Origin: the human T2T-CHM13v2.0 reference genome, Homo sapiens
Assembly (NCBI RefSeq): GCF_009914755.1
Contig: NC_060939.1
Reading direction: 5' to 3' (one strand)
Length of the DNA stretch: 64,000 bases
Below the pieces are notes generated by a model. That model was not told the origin of the DNA. It saw only the letters and a program-made list of their open reading frames with translations, and did not search any database. Below are positions 30,135-50,135 of this stretch, piece by piece. Within the stretch, counting starts at the first letter, position 1. Each line of letters opens with the position of its first letter. Both the position numbers and the translations under genes were made by a program.

Positions 30135-30718
30135 AATGCAGCCCGCAGCTTAACTTCAACATGCTTTTAAACTTTTTTCCCATTCTCTTCAGTTTCAAGA
30201 TATAACCTTGAGGAAACTCAAAATCCTTTCTCCTTAGCCTTAAAATAGACTCCACGTCCCTCCCCTTTCTCACCAGATATGCTCCCTTTTCATTTATCTA
30301 ACTGTATGCTACTATTTAATTGTGTGATGTCTTAGAAGTTTCAGTGGCTAATCTTGAGACAGACCAAGCCTGGAGACCCAGCTGCAAACCTCCAAAAATT
30401 ACTTCAAAATGGCTAATTAACAACCTGACCATTGTTAAAATAATGTCAATCCGAGGTCCAGGTGGACTGAAGCCCAAGATAGCCACCAGAACAAAACACA
30501 CAGACATCATACTCAGCCCATTTCTTGCATGCCTTCCTTATCAAGTCTTCCCTTTTAAAAACCCTAAAAATTGCTTTCCCCTCTAAAAATTGAAGCAGTT
30601 ACTTTAAATAGCAATCTGGCTACTTCCCCCTTTACTAGTTTTGGGTAATAAATTTGCTTTTTATTACTAGACTTCGTTCTTGTTAATTCAAGCATCTGCA
30701 CCTGCTTTGTTTGGTTAT
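30135..30718 (+). mobile_element. Solo LTR-like element (ERVL class, MER54/MER73-like)
   Basis: agaccaagcctggagacccagctgc / ccaagatagccacc motifs; internal AATAAA at 30647; family name and boundaries tentative. Confidence 0.5.
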
Positions 30719-31899
30719 GGTAAGGGATGGGGGTAGCAGTGGATGGACAGATTAATGTGAGGAAGAAATGAGAGATGAAGGTTCCCCCTCAGCCCAACCT
30801 ACCCCCAGAAGGAACCAGGGCGCCATGCACAGATGATAGGTGAAGTCCCAGCGGCCCTGGATTTTGTTCCAGGCAGAACATGTGGACAGGCAAGCAGCAC
30901 CCTGTCCCACACCAGCCCTTCTGGGGACTGCCAAAGGGCTCCGGGCTGGGGCAGTGCTTACTCCAGAAACAGGGTAGCCACAGTAAGCCCTGGCCCAGCA
31001 TAATCCCTTTGTCAGGAGAGCCAGCTCTGTCACACCACCAGCTGCAGTGGAGTGGCAGGACTCTGCTACTAGCCTGTGAGACACAGGCTGCTTTTTGGTG
31101 ATTTCTCAGTTTGCCCACCATTGCTTTGCACTCTGGAGAGGCGTTGTTGGGAACGAATTTTTCTCCCATTACTCTGAACACTGTTGAAAGCAAGCTCAGG
31201 CTTCCAGGGGGTTGAATGTTTGTCTACAACAGAGCCACTTAAACCCCAGGCCTTTGTTTTCATCTTCTCCAAAAAGCCCCAATTTCTAGTATGTTCTATT
31301 TGTCCTAAATTGGTGGCTTAGCCTGGACAACAACAGGATCCTGGCTTCAGGATCTAATGGATCTGGGTTTCCATCCCATTTCCCTCACTTTCTAGCTCTG
31401 TGACCAAGGACAGATTGGCCCTCTCCAAACCTGTTTTCTTATCTGAGTACTAAGGATAACAAGGGAACCTTGCTTTTGGGGTTCTTTTAAGGACTGTGAT
31501 TATGTAAAGCAGGGGTCACTATAGGTTGAGCTAGAATGGGGTAACCTGCATTCCCCGACAACCCCCCTTTCCCATGGAAGCTCTTTTGTAGTAAGGGTTA
31601 AGTTCCCAGTTAACCCTCCAATGCCAACTAACTCCCCTGCATCCCAAGACATAGTGATCACAGAACTCAAGCAGTGCTGGCAGCTGTGTCCAGTGCTGTT
31701 TCTAGGGACCCAAATTGGCCCCCACCTTAGCCAGAGGAGCTTTGGGTTCTGAAGTGAAGGGTCATTTTAGGTGCCCCCAGAAGGTGGGCACTGATGGAGA
31801 CACATGGCTCTCCACTCTGCCTTCTAACAGACACTGTTCACCACCAGGCATGAGCAAAACACTTAACAGAGCGCAATACCTCACTTAATCTACAAAACC

Positions 31900-32379
<480 letters not shown>

Positions 32380-33797
32380 TTAATCCACCAACTAATTCAT
32401 CTCACAAGCATTTACTGGGTATTGGCCATGGGCTGGGCCAGGCCCTACCTGGAGTGACTCAGCCCTAGTTAGAAGACATGCAGCTGAGGTTGAGGGGGTG
32501 TTCTTGAGTGATCTCCAAGCTTTGCCATTCATAGCTTTTGACGAGATATGACCTCTCTGAGCCTCCGTTTCTTTATTTGTAAAATGGGACCAATACCCTC
32601 TTGGGACTGGGGGATAGGGGGAGGTATCCTCATATCCTTGGGGGGCTAGAAAAGCTGAGTGCCTGGCACAACACACAAATCCCAGGCACTGGGAAGAAGC
32701 AAGCCAGGTCTATCTGTGGGTAAGCCAGGCACCCTTTGTGGCAGACAGAGCTTTTGAGCTGGGCCACAGGTTCCAACCGTTAAGGAGAATATTTCCATTG
32801 GCAGGCATGGCACAGCAAAGGCAAAGGTCAAGAAGCCCAAGGCATATCCAGGGAAGGGGTGAGCCAGGGCTGATGGAAGCCTGATTGTATTCCCGAGCCA
32901 CCCAGAAATGGTTTGGGATTATCTATGCCCTCACAGCCTCTATTAGATCATAGACATCCCTCAACTCCTGCAATGCTAACTCTTTCTACGGTTTGGCCAA
33001 GGCAGCGAATGGTCACTTGCAGGTGAAGGTGGTGGGAGAGAACAGAACCTCACCACTGGGGCAGGACACTGCTCCCTGGCTGAAGGCTGACCTGTCACCA
33101 CGTTGCACTGGTCTGCATAGGAGCCCCAGTGCCGGCAGAGAGACCAGGGCCACAGGCTCTTAGGTCAGGGTTCCAGATCTCCCCCAGGAGGCAGCAGGCT
33201 GCTAGCAGGAGGTGGTGCTCTGAGGCTTGTCTTACAGAGACACACTGGCCTGTTTCTGCACAGGATGAGTGTTCGGAGGGGAAGTGACTGAGCCACCCCG
33301 GCTCTACCACGGCACGCTGACAGGAAGCAGAGGCTCCCAGTTCTAGTCGGGGCACACCTATGATCCAACTTTCCCTCTCCTGACCTTGGATTCTTGGTTT
33401 ATAAAGGCAGAGATCATCTGACCCCTTAGAGACTTTCCCTCCAGCTCTAGGATTCAATGCCCAAGATCTGCTTTTGGCTAAAAACCAAGCTCACAAGATG
33501 TGGGCTTCATCCGGCCAGAAGTCCTGGGCAAAGGCCACAAAGCTAGGAGGCCCAGAACAAAGCCATACTTTGAAGGATGTCTGGAGAAATCTTAAATTTT
33601 AAAAACTGATGGTCAACGTTTGCTTGAGGCTGCTTAAGGGTCATAAAAACTGCAAGTATCTGTTAAGTGAATGAGGCCAGCAAACAACTGCCTAAGCCTC
33701 TCTAAGAGCTGAAAGTAAACCAAGGGAAGCACCTGCACCAGGCCCACTTCAGCTCCTCAGATCAGGGACTTGTGCTTCCCCCTTTCCAGAGTTTTCA

Positions 33798-34025
<228 letters not shown>

Positions 34026-34171
34026 TCACAGGGTCAAACCTGAGCTGCTGTCTGTTAGCCCTGAGCCCAGGACCTGCAACCATGAGTGCCAGCCTTCTGG
34101 GGGTCCTCCTGCCCCCGAGTCCAGAGCAAACTGTGGCAGCAGCACAGGGTGAGGCATTATTTTGAATTTAG

Positions 34172-34571
<400 letters not shown>

Positions 34572-35875
34572 TTTCTTTTCTTAAATTCTCTCCTGGTCCA
34601 GAGGCCCAGGCAGGGCCTTCCCACCCCGAGCAGGAGGGCTTCAAGCCCAAAGCCCTTCAACGATGCTACTGACTGCGCTCTTAGATCGGTATTAAAGCCT
34701 CATCTTTACCCAGAACTCCTGGGGTTCCCCCCAAAGCTGGAGTCTCTCCCTGAGACCCAATTCTAGTTGAAGCCTTTTTTCAATAAAACGAAGATGTCAT
34801 CATTCTAAATATTATTAGGTATTCTCACTAAGAAAGATCCATTTACCACATTATCTTAGCTGGCAAAACCTTATTTTTCTTTTAATTTCTCTTTGAAGAC
34901 ATACACCTATCTTCCTTGTGGAAAATAACTGCCTGCAGAGGGCTGTCTGTCTGGCACCTCATTTGAGCAGGCTGTCGGCAAAGACCCTGTCCGCGAAGTA
35001 CAGTGGAAGTAGCCTGTGGCATGAACTTGCTGTAGGTGAGGGAGACAAGCTGTCCACAGGCCTTCCCCTCTTCCTGCACACACTCCAAGAGGCCAAAGCC
35101 CTCCCAGCTGCTCTCAAGATGGCCCTTTCCCCCAGAAACACAGGCTCACCCTGATGCTGCTGAACACACACACAGCACTCAGGGCCCGCAGGGGCTAGCT
35201 GAGTTTGAGCACCAAGAATGTAACCCCTTCCCCAGACCTCTGCACAATTCTATCATTCAAGGATATGAAAGCCACTCATCAGTTCTCATGCTAATTCACA
35301 CATTCACTCACTCATTCACTCATTGATACATGCTAAGTGCCTGCTAGCAGTTGCTGGCCTTTCTGTAACACCTTCCACTTGGCTGCCCTCCCCACTGAGA
35401 CATGTTGTAAACTACCCTGTTCTTTAATTCCATCACGTGCTCATTTTGTCTTTGTAGGTTCTTCATAGGAAGGGCCAGATGGCATTACTGTGGTCCTCTT
35501 CCTCCTTGTCTGGTAGAGTCGCCCTCCACATGAGGTAGCTGGGGCTGTCCAGAGAAGGACGCGTGGTACTGAGAGGGGCGGAGCAGCTGAGGGAACAAAG
35601 TCAGAGAGACCCAGGATGACAGAAGAACAATGGAAAATAGGGGCTTCCAACCCAGAGGGATCTCCTAGAACCACACGGTTCTCTGATACGTTATTTCCAA
35701 GTGAAGCCCACCCTCAATGTAAAGAAATGTTTCTGAATGGGTCAAAAAGCCATCAGAGCAAGACCAGCCTGGAAGCTCATTCTGTTCTGGGCTAATGTCT
35801 GCCTCGATGGTAACCCCTAGTCAGAAGCTCCGCAGGAAGCAATACCAAGAGCCACGCTCCAATTCCTGAATCTGC

Positions 35876-35881
35876 TTTATT
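35876..35881 (-). terminator. HERC1: HERC1 polyadenylation signal AATAAA
   Basis: tttatt on + strand ~440 nt past the stop; AU-rich 3'UTR with UGUA elements upstream. Confidence 0.85.
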
Positions 35882-36320
35882 TCTCTGCATAAGGAACCCT
35901 GAACAGGCAATTCAAATTAAAACAAAATAAATATATGAATATTCATGTAAAACTGTCCTTTCTAATGAACAATTATACACAATGTACAATTTCATGTTCA
36001 CTGGGTGGATTTACAAAAATGTACCATTCCCAACTAAAAATGCACCAAAATGGTTTCATGCAAACTTATCAAAAGTGACCAAAAATATGGAGGGAAAAAC
36101 CTGACTGAGAGCACTTCGTTTTTGTTGTTTTTGTACAATCACAGAAAAATAAAAACATCTAATTTCTTTGTTACATTTAGAGTAACTAAATGTGGCCATT
36201 GTTTATAATGTTGGTTTATGTTCTTATAACATCTATGTAGTTACCATAAAAGTATATCAACATCAAATCAGAAGTGAGCATTATTGAGGGAGAGAAGGGA
36301 GGGTGAGAGCACCCGCACGG

Positions 36321-36506
36321 TCAGTAGTCAGTGTCGGAGCCCTCGGCGTTGTCCACGTTTCTCGAGAGCATGTAGTTGTCCATGTCGATTGAGCGGCAGT
36401 TGTTGATGGCATAGCGCAGGCGCTCGGCCATGACCAGCTGGCTGGAGTACGGGGGCAGCCTCAGCTGGAAGAAGCAGGTCTGTGAGGTAGGCAGACTGTC
36501 GTAAGG
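36321..36506 (-). CDS. HERC1: HERC1 terminal coding exon (HECT C-lobe, catalytic Cys in LPTSQTCFFQLRLP)
   Basis: tctctctccacag acceptor; 62 codons to TGA; HECT 'LPxxxTCFxxLxLPxY' motif. Confidence 0.97.
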   Translation of the reverse strand, partial: PYDSLPTSQTCFFQLRLPPYSSQLVMAERLRYAINNCRSIDMDNYMLSRNVDNAEGSDTDY

Positions 36507-38199
36507 CTGTGGAGAGAGACCCAGAGCCGTGACTGGGGACATCAGAGTGCCATAAGGGGGAGTGGGGCTGCCCATGACCTCTCCCTGCCTTCAAGATGGA
36601 ATTAACATGGCCACATGGTTAAGTCAAGTGGACACAGAGACTGGGCCAGATAGAATGAGCTGAGGCCCTACTGCCCCGTGGCCCTCAAGGCTCTGGGTGA
36701 AGATGTTCCTTCTTGTCCTCACCTCCTCCAGTGCCTGTGTGTGTAAAGTGAGGAGAAGCTCTGACTGGCAGGATTGCTTGAGAGAATACACTACGCACAG
36801 CGCCTGGCACAGGATGAGAGTGTAGTAAGAGGGCACCTGTCCTTCATACCCATCCACCAAGAGGGTGCAGACTGGAAGCCAGCTGCAGGGATGCCCCCAC
36901 AGAGCAGGTAGAATGGAAAGAACGACTGTGAGGTGCAGCTGGCCATGGGAGCCTCTTTGCCCCCTCTCCTCTCCCTGTCCTCATGTGCATTCTGCCTCCT
37001 TTGCAGGCGCCATGGCTGCCTCGCACAGCTCACATAAGGAAGGGGCAGTCAATTAAACTCCAGTCCATCCATTCAACTGACGGTGATGCATCATTTAAAA
37101 TGATAATTATGATGACTGGCAGCAAAACAGAAAGGTGTTCAGGATACATTAGGAGGTTAAAGGCAGAAAAAATTCTAGATACATCATATAAAAATTTGTA
37201 CAATTGAGGCAAAGACTATGAGGAATTTCACAAAGGTAAAAATAGCTACTACTGGAGAGACAGGATTATATACGTTCCCTATCCCTCCTTGCAAACATAA
37301 CTATTTTCTAAACAATTTGTAATAATAGTAATGGCATTATAGTGTTTTTATAAATTTTTAAAACGTTTGCTTAAAAAAAAAAAAAAGAACCTGTCTTCTC
37401 TCACTCAACCTCCTCTTGAAATCAGCCCTCCTCCCCAGAGCCCACACCTAGGTAAGCCACATGTCCTGCTATGGGAGGTGGATGGCCCAGCAGCCCAAAT
37501 GCACCAGAGCCAGTGATGACACAGCTCAACGCAGAAAAACTGAAAGCAGCAAGGAAGGGAGGTGCCACTAGGTGGCTCTGATGACCTAAATGTGAGTACT
37601 GTAGAAATGATCTAAAAGCCACAGAGGAACCGACCACGGTAGTCAGTTACTGATGCTGACAACCCTGAGACCGGAGATTAGTGGTGGATTAACTCCTAGA
37701 ACGGCAGGAGTAGCCCAGGACAGATATAAGGCAAGGGTTGTTTCCAGAGCTGAGTAGAAATGAGCCATTTCCTCCTTCCTACTTCTCTCTGAAGCAACAA
37801 AACAGATTTACAACTTACAGTTCTTGGCAAGTCATGCAGAAAATTTATGGAAAGGCTCTTTTATAATCCTTCCTGCACGTGGCTTCTCCAGCAAGCCTAG
37901 CCCAGGAGCAGAGCAGCAGCCTGCAGCCTCAGGAGGCAGCACAGGGAGGAATAGCTTTGGCTACACCAGAAAGCCAGACACTTAAACTGGCAGGAAGGGC
38001 CTGTGTGTGAAGAGGCCCCACTTCCCTTACTGTTTTCTGAACAAACATCATGGGCCCTGCTCAGAGAACTGCCCAGCTCATGTGGGAGAGAGGGCTTGTG
38101 AAGAGTGGGGATGGAGACAGAGGGAGGAGAGGCACTCCTAACTGAATGCAGTAAGTTCTGGGTTTGAGGGCTGTACCCAGTGTTCAGGAGGTGGAGAGA

Positions 38200-38630
38200 A
38201 GGAGTCTGGCTAGGTCTGCCTTCAGCAATGGTAGGGGCACTCCTGGAAAGCATCTAGGAGGGGTTCTTGGAGGAGATGACTGGCATTGGGCTTATAGGAT
38301 GAGTAAGTGCTTGCCAGAGATAGAAGGAAAGGGGTGTGAAGAAGGACTTACTAAAGCAGAGGGAACAGGTTACATAAAAGCACAGAATTTTAAAAACAGC
38401 CTGGTCTACTGGGGAGAAAGGCAAGCAGCCCATTATGACCAGAACATGAGAAGTATCAAGACGTCACATCAGAAAGTGGGGCAGAGGCCAGACTGTGGAA
38501 GTGTTTAAGGCAGCTAAGGTCATTGGCATTTATTTCGGAGTCAACAAAGGGGGTCTCTGAAAGGTCTAAAAGGAGGAGAGTGACATGGTCAGACAGGTGC
38601 TTAAGAAAGATGACTCTGGCAGCAGTGTGC
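38200..38630. mobile_element. L2-like remnant
   Basis: gcagagggaacag...aaaagcacag...gtgacatggtcaga...gaaagatgactctggcagcagtg; similar pieces at ~29900-30130. Confidence 0.5.
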
Positions 38631-39102
38631 TTTTCAGACTCTAAGCCCTCTTATTCCTAAGCCATCTGTCAAAATCACAGCTGGGCTGGGGCTCTGCAGC
38701 TGGGGCCTTTCATCAGATGGCAGAGATGCAGCCCTGCCTGCTCCACAAGGCACACAACACAAGTGGGCACAGAGGTTATCGTTGCTCCCCACATCTTTGG
38801 GTTCCTTCTGGGGCACACCCACCAGTTAATGGTTAATATTTTCATGAAAACAAACAAGGCCATGCCTCAGCACAGGAAGAGGCAGTATGATGATCCTTCT
38901 GCCAAGTTCAGCTTTAACTCAGGAAGATGCTGGAAGATTTAGGGAAGGTTGTTGGTTGTAGTATGCTCTCTTCATCCACTTAGGACTCTTCCCACTGAAG
39001 CTAAATGATATTTCTAAACAAATTTTACTGCTTGATTTTTTTCATTAATCTGGAAATTCTAAGTATTAATAAGCATGAATCGGCAGGCCTACTTGAGGGT
39101 CA

Positions 39103-39486
<384 letters not shown>

Positions 39487-39490
39487 TTAC

Positions 39491-39796
39491 CCTATCAACC
39501 TTCATGATTTGAAATCTCTGAGAAATGTCAGCAGTGTTGGCTGGTAGTCGAGATCTTCCTGACACAAACCTCATGAAAAGCACCCGCTCCTCATTGGAGA
39601 ACTCTTCCAGCGTGTGCCAGAACCACTGCACCAGCTGATGCTGCTCATCCACCTCACGGTACCGCACCACTTTCTTCAAGACTTCCACAGAGATCTCGGG
39701 CATCCCACACACCATCTGCTCCAGTTGTTTTGCTGTGAGGAGGGACAGCAGCGGCACAGGAACAATCCAGGACATCCCTTCTCGGACTGCAGCCAC
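39491..39796 (-). CDS. HERC1: HERC1 penultimate exon (VAAVREGMSWIVP...FMRFVSGRSRLP...MKVDR)
   Basis: 306 nt, phase 0-0; gtaagt donor; HECT WFW and FxxFVSG motifs. Confidence 0.96.
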
Positions 39797-40779
39797 CTGC
39801 TCCCGGGAGAGGTTGCTCATTCAATGAGTGTGCGTGAACCTGGCACCCACCAAGGGCCCTGTGGGGCTAGGCGCCTCCTGATGCCTGCTCGTCCGCTCCC
39901 CAGACCCTCTACTTGTTTCTCAGACCGCCAGGCACGAGAGTCAGTCAAAAAGGCCCACCCTCCCTGCCTCTCAACCCTTGTTAGAGTGCCTCCCTGCTGT
40001 GGGATTCTTACACTCCTGGTTCCAGTTCAAGTCCAATTTAGGAGCCTGCCTTCCCTCTACCACAAAATCTCAGCCCACTGGGGCCTTCCCTGATGCCAGC
40101 CCCACTCACTCATATTCCTAATCATATGTGCCCATGTGCTGTCAAACTATGCATGTGTGGACACTTCATCTCATAAAGGTAAGAAGCTTTGGGGGCACTC
40201 AACTAGCTGCCTACTGTTTTTTAAATTTATATTTGTCTTTTGAAAATAATTATATCCTTTTTGTAAAAATTATTTGTGCTCATCGTAAAAAAAATCTGAA
40301 AAGTACAAAGAAGAAAGTAAAAATGGGAAGTCCTTCTTTAGGAAGGCAATAGAAGAGGCAATGAATTTAGTGAAGAGACTTGGGTTCTAACTCCCAGCTC
40401 TGCCAATTATTAACTCTCTTAATTTTTCCGTCTGAAAAAAGCAGATATTGCTGCTCTCATGTGGCTCTGATGAGAACTGTATATGAGTAACTACATGAAA
40501 TTCTGTGTGACTGGGTAATTCTACCCTGCTCTGTTCTCTTAGCATCATAGTGCTGGGCACAGGCAAGTTGGGGAGTGCCAAGTGGGGTGCAACCAGGGGC
40601 TGCCTTGACAGCTTGTTTAGAAAAATGTCTCCTCCAATATTATACAGTAGTGCATACCCTACACACAGACTCACCACTGTTCAAGGTTTGTTTCATAAAT
40701 ACTTCTTTGCTCTTGGCCAACTCAAAACCATCTACCACCATTTAAAAAGTCTAAGAATCTGAATAGGGACCATACCTTA

Positions 40780-41083
40780 AGGAAGTGAGTAACTATGTGA
40801 GGTGATGGATATGTTAATTTGCTTCACTATAATAACCTTTTTACTATCTATATGCATATCCTATATTATCGTGTTGTACACCTTAAATATACATAATAAA
40901 ATTTATTATATATATAAAAAAAAACTGGGCCAAGTACAATGGTTTGCCCTGTCATCCCAGCTACTTGGAAGGCTAAGGCAGGAGATCCCTTGAGCCCAAC
41001 AGTTCAAAGCTGCAGTGAGTGCCACTGCACTCCAGCCTGGGTGACAGAGCAAGACCCTCTCTTAAAAAATAAAATAATAAAAA
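40780..41083 (+). mobile_element. L1MA-like 3' terminus followed by an Alu monomer (40925-41083)
   Basis: aactatgtgaggtgatggatatgttaatt...gttgtacaccttaaatataca L1M 3' end; FRAM-like monomer. Confidence 0.7.
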
Positions 41084-42566
41084 ACTGGCACTAAGGTTGT
41101 CCCATAAGGATCAGAGATTGGCAGTAAAGGCAGTCTCTTCTGATAGTAAAGGTCAATACCCCACCAAAGTCTGCCAAACGAAAACAAAAACGAACAAGCT
41201 GTTATGCTTGGTGGAACACAAAACAAAAGCTGTCTGGAAAAAAAATTAGGCTGAGGTATGGGGCTGGCTGCTTGGAGATGGCAGGGGGACAACTGAGGAC
41301 AGTTATGGGATAAACACTCAGTTCTAAGAGATGAAGAGGAACCAAAGACCAATTCATATATAAAGAAAGAGGAGGAAGGGCTTGTTACTGAGAACAGAAC
41401 AAAGCCAGGGCAGAGCAGAACACAGCTGTGGAAAGGGAGTGTCCATCCAACCCTCAGAAGAAGGGTCATCAGAAAAGCCTGGACACCATCTTAGAGCCTG
41501 GTTTGGGGTCTTGGCTCTGCTGTGGGCACTCAGTGCTTTCTTCTGTGAAACAGAGCTGGCAATCCTTACCTCACAGAGTAACTATGGGAAAAATGGCACC
41601 CAAGAGTGCCTGGCACCATGGCTGGCGTGCAGAAGGTTATCAATACATTTCTAGTCAGTTATTTATTCTCTGAGGATTAAAAATATTCATCAACTGGAGA
41701 CAAACACTAATCCCTGGCTGTGTAAATAGCATCACTGACAAGACCCAACTTCACTAGGCTAAAGATATCATTTTTCTGATGGGACTTGGCCCAAAGTCTA
41801 AGAAGGAGCTGGGAGTGAGGGGTATGGAGTATGTATACTTCAAATCACTAAACTTCTATAGCTTCACAGCCTGAGTCCAGCTCTTGAGAAGACCCCAACA
41901 TATTCTGCAAATAAAGTATTACTGAAATGCTATTAATGACTGTATTATCAAAAGAACCATTTTTGGACACCATATTTATGACCACATGAGTGGTCACTCA
42001 TTCACACTCCCATTATTAAATGCTTACTTACCTGTCAGCACAGAACAAGGATAACTCAAATGAAATAGAAAATGCATTCTTCATTCAATTTCTTGCAAGT
42101 TGAGGAAACAAGACCTAAATTCTGGGGCCTACTTCCTAGACCATAACATAGAAGTATGTGATATATCTTGAGGAACTTCAAAGTAAGGAAAAAGATCACA
42201 GGTTGGTGACCTGGAGGTAAGCTTGTGTGTGCAGGAGATGCCCTCTTAGCTGAGGCTTAAAGAACAGCAGCAAGACAGGGAAAGGGAAATCCATGTGAGG
42301 TCATAAGACCAGCATTTGAAGGTTCATTTACGTGGGCCCTGACTAACCCAACTAGAGTGGAGACGCTGAGCTGGGAAGCAGTAAGACATGAGGACAAACA
42401 GGACTAAGGAGGAGTAAGGAGGAGTAAGAAGGCAAGGTCTGAATGCCAGATGAAAACAGTCTCAATCCAACCAAAGACCAATTCAGAACCGATTTAAGGC
42501 ACTGGGTATGGAGAAAAAGGCCTGAGAAGTCTCTGAATAGGGTTTGGAATATAAATACAAAGGAAT

Positions 42567-42890
<324 letters not shown>

Positions 42891-43007
42891 CATACAGAGG
42901 AATTAACACAGTAAATACATATTAGCAGATTTTGGCATACCCAGTCAGCTCTCATTTGGAGAGAAACCCAAGCATTCATGTGTACCTCCCGAGATGTTTC
43001 ATCTCAC

Positions 43008-43160
43008 CTGTCTGTCCATCTCATGAAGTCGATATTCAATGGCCCTCTCCACATATTCCTTCCTGTTGGAAAATGTGAGTGGGATACTATTTCCACCAGG
43101 GATTATAGGAACCATTTTGCCATCAGCACTCTGGCCAACAAAAGAATCAAGAGGAATCAT
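43008..43160 (-). CDS. HERC1: HERC1 exon (MIPLDSFVGQSADG...NRKEYVERAIEYRLHEMDRQ)
   Basis: ttcctag acceptor, gtgaga donor; 153 nt; HECT 'GGxxIxxTxxNRxEYV' motif. Confidence 0.96.
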
Positions 43161-43673
43161 CTAGGAACAGAAGAAAACAGAATTTTTATTACATGGTAGA
43201 AATGACAGCAAAAAGTATTTTACATACAAATACGGCACAGCAATAACAAACTCACAATTTTTAAGGATAAAAACAAGGAACACAAAACAGGTAGGACTGA
43301 TCAGGCTACTTGATCAGCAGGAATGTGATGACTCAACCAGCTGTAGTTAAAAATGGGACAAAATCTCTCTGTTCACAAACCAAGCCTGTTGAACTCTCGT
43401 GACCTCAGGCCTCCCCTTCCACCTTGGTTCTTCACTCTAACAGGCAGAAAAAAATTAAGGGGGAAGGAGCAACTAAGTGCAGGAGCCTGCTCTATCTATT
43501 AGAAGCTGTTTAAACTGCTGCGGTTGAGCTGCTAAGGGCAGCAATGGCATAGATATGGCATTGTTCAGCCAGACAGCAAGTGGAAGACTGTATCTCAATT
43601 TTACACAGAAAAATTCTAGTCTGTGCATATAGGACGTCAACACCAGTAGAAACATAGACTGGCCAGGATTTAC

Positions 43674-43926
43674 CTCATGGAAACTCTCCTCGGTAATCCC
43701 ACTGTCTTCAATGTGAAGAATGCTGTTGAGAGTCTGCACGTAGAGCAGATCCACCTCCTCCAGGTCCTCTAGGGTGAGTGGGACACAGCACAGCTGCTTC
43801 CACACCAGAGGGGCCAAGTGGAGGTCCAGAGGCTTCTTTGTGCGAATGGCAACCCCCATTAAAATTCCTAAAAACTTAAACTGCATTAAGTGTTCATCGA
43901 GGCAGGCAGAAGGGTTAAAAAGGAAC
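43674..43926 (-). CDS. HERC1: HERC1 exon (FLFNPSACLDEHLMQFKFLGILMGVAIR...ITEESFHE)
   Basis: tttacag acceptor, gtaaat donor; 253 nt; HECT N-lobe 'FxFLGxLxGxA'. Confidence 0.96.
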
Positions 43927-44250
43927 CTGTAAAATTAAAGGGAATATTTCAAACAGCATTTTCCTTATTTCTATTAGAAATAAGTTAGCAACAACAGCTA
44001 TAGCGTTAGTCTATACCTGTACTGTTCAATATGGCATCCATTAGCCACATAAGGCTAAAGTAATTAAATAAAACTAAAAATTCAGTTCTTCGGCTTCCCT
44101 AATCACACGTTGAGTTCTCAAAAGCCACATGTGGACCGTAGTTATTGTTTCACACAGCACATGGACTATATTCTGAACTATTTTTAGAAGAACTATGTAA
44201 GGATCTTAAGCTACCTGCTCCAGAATGCTTTGTTTTCTAAAATCATTATC

Positions 44251-49285
<5,035 letters not shown>

Positions 49286-49569
49286 AATCATTCTGTTTTT
49301 AATTTACAAGTCCATGAAACAGGATCCAAAATTCAAAATTTTGCAAATATAAAGATAGTATGTAATTGCAAATACTAAATTTTGTGACTTGCTAGCATAA
49401 TAACACTTTTAAATAAATTTTGGTGCAGAAAATTCATTATGGGGAGGCCATGTGGGCCTTCAGAAACATAAATCAGGTTTCATGATTAAGTCTGAGCTTC
49501 CTCTCCCCTCTATATTATCATTGATTTGGTCTCAATAAATACCAAGTCTTGATGGAAGTGCCTGTTTCC

Positions 49570-49876
49570 TTTTTTTTTTTTTTTTTTTTGAGATGTGGTC
49601 TCGCTCTGTTGCCCAGGCTGGAGTACAGTGGCGTGATCTCGGCTCACTGCAGCCTCTGCCTCCTGGGTTCAAATCAAGTGATTCTCCTGCCTCAGCCTCC
49701 CAAGTAGCTGGGATTACAGGCATGTGCCACCATGACCGGCTAATTTTTGCATTTTTAGTAGAGATGGGGTTTCACCATGTTGGCCAGGCTGGTCTTAAAC
49801 TCCTGATATCAGGTGATCCACCCGCCTCAGCCTCCCAAAGTGCTGGAATTACAGGCGTAAGCCACCATGCCTGGCC
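49570..49876 (-). mobile_element. Alu (AluS-like) inserted into a MIR-like element
   Basis: TSD tgtttcct; right flank continues with MIR core (catctttgac...gtaaagcactta...gcactcaataaatg). Confidence 0.9.
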
Positions 49877-50058
49877 TGTTTCCTCATCTTTGACAAGAGG
49901 ATAACAACAATATTTACTCCTTAGGGTTACAATGAGGACTGAAGGGGATAATAGGTGTAAAGCACTTAAAACAGGACCTGGTACATAGTAAGCACTCAAT
50001 AAATGTGAGCTATTATTATTATTTTAGACATATAATGAACACTTGCTGACTGCCATAC

Positions 50059-50135
50059 CTGTCCCTATTGTAACCCACTTCTGCGGTGGCATTGGGAGAG
50101 GGTATAAGAAGGTCAACAATACCAGTTTCAAGTTC
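50059..50135 (-). CDS. HERC1: HERC1 exon (ELETGIVDLLIPSPNATAEVGYNRDR)
   Basis: ttctgcag acceptor, gtatgg donor; 77 nt, phases fit neighbours. Confidence 0.93.
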
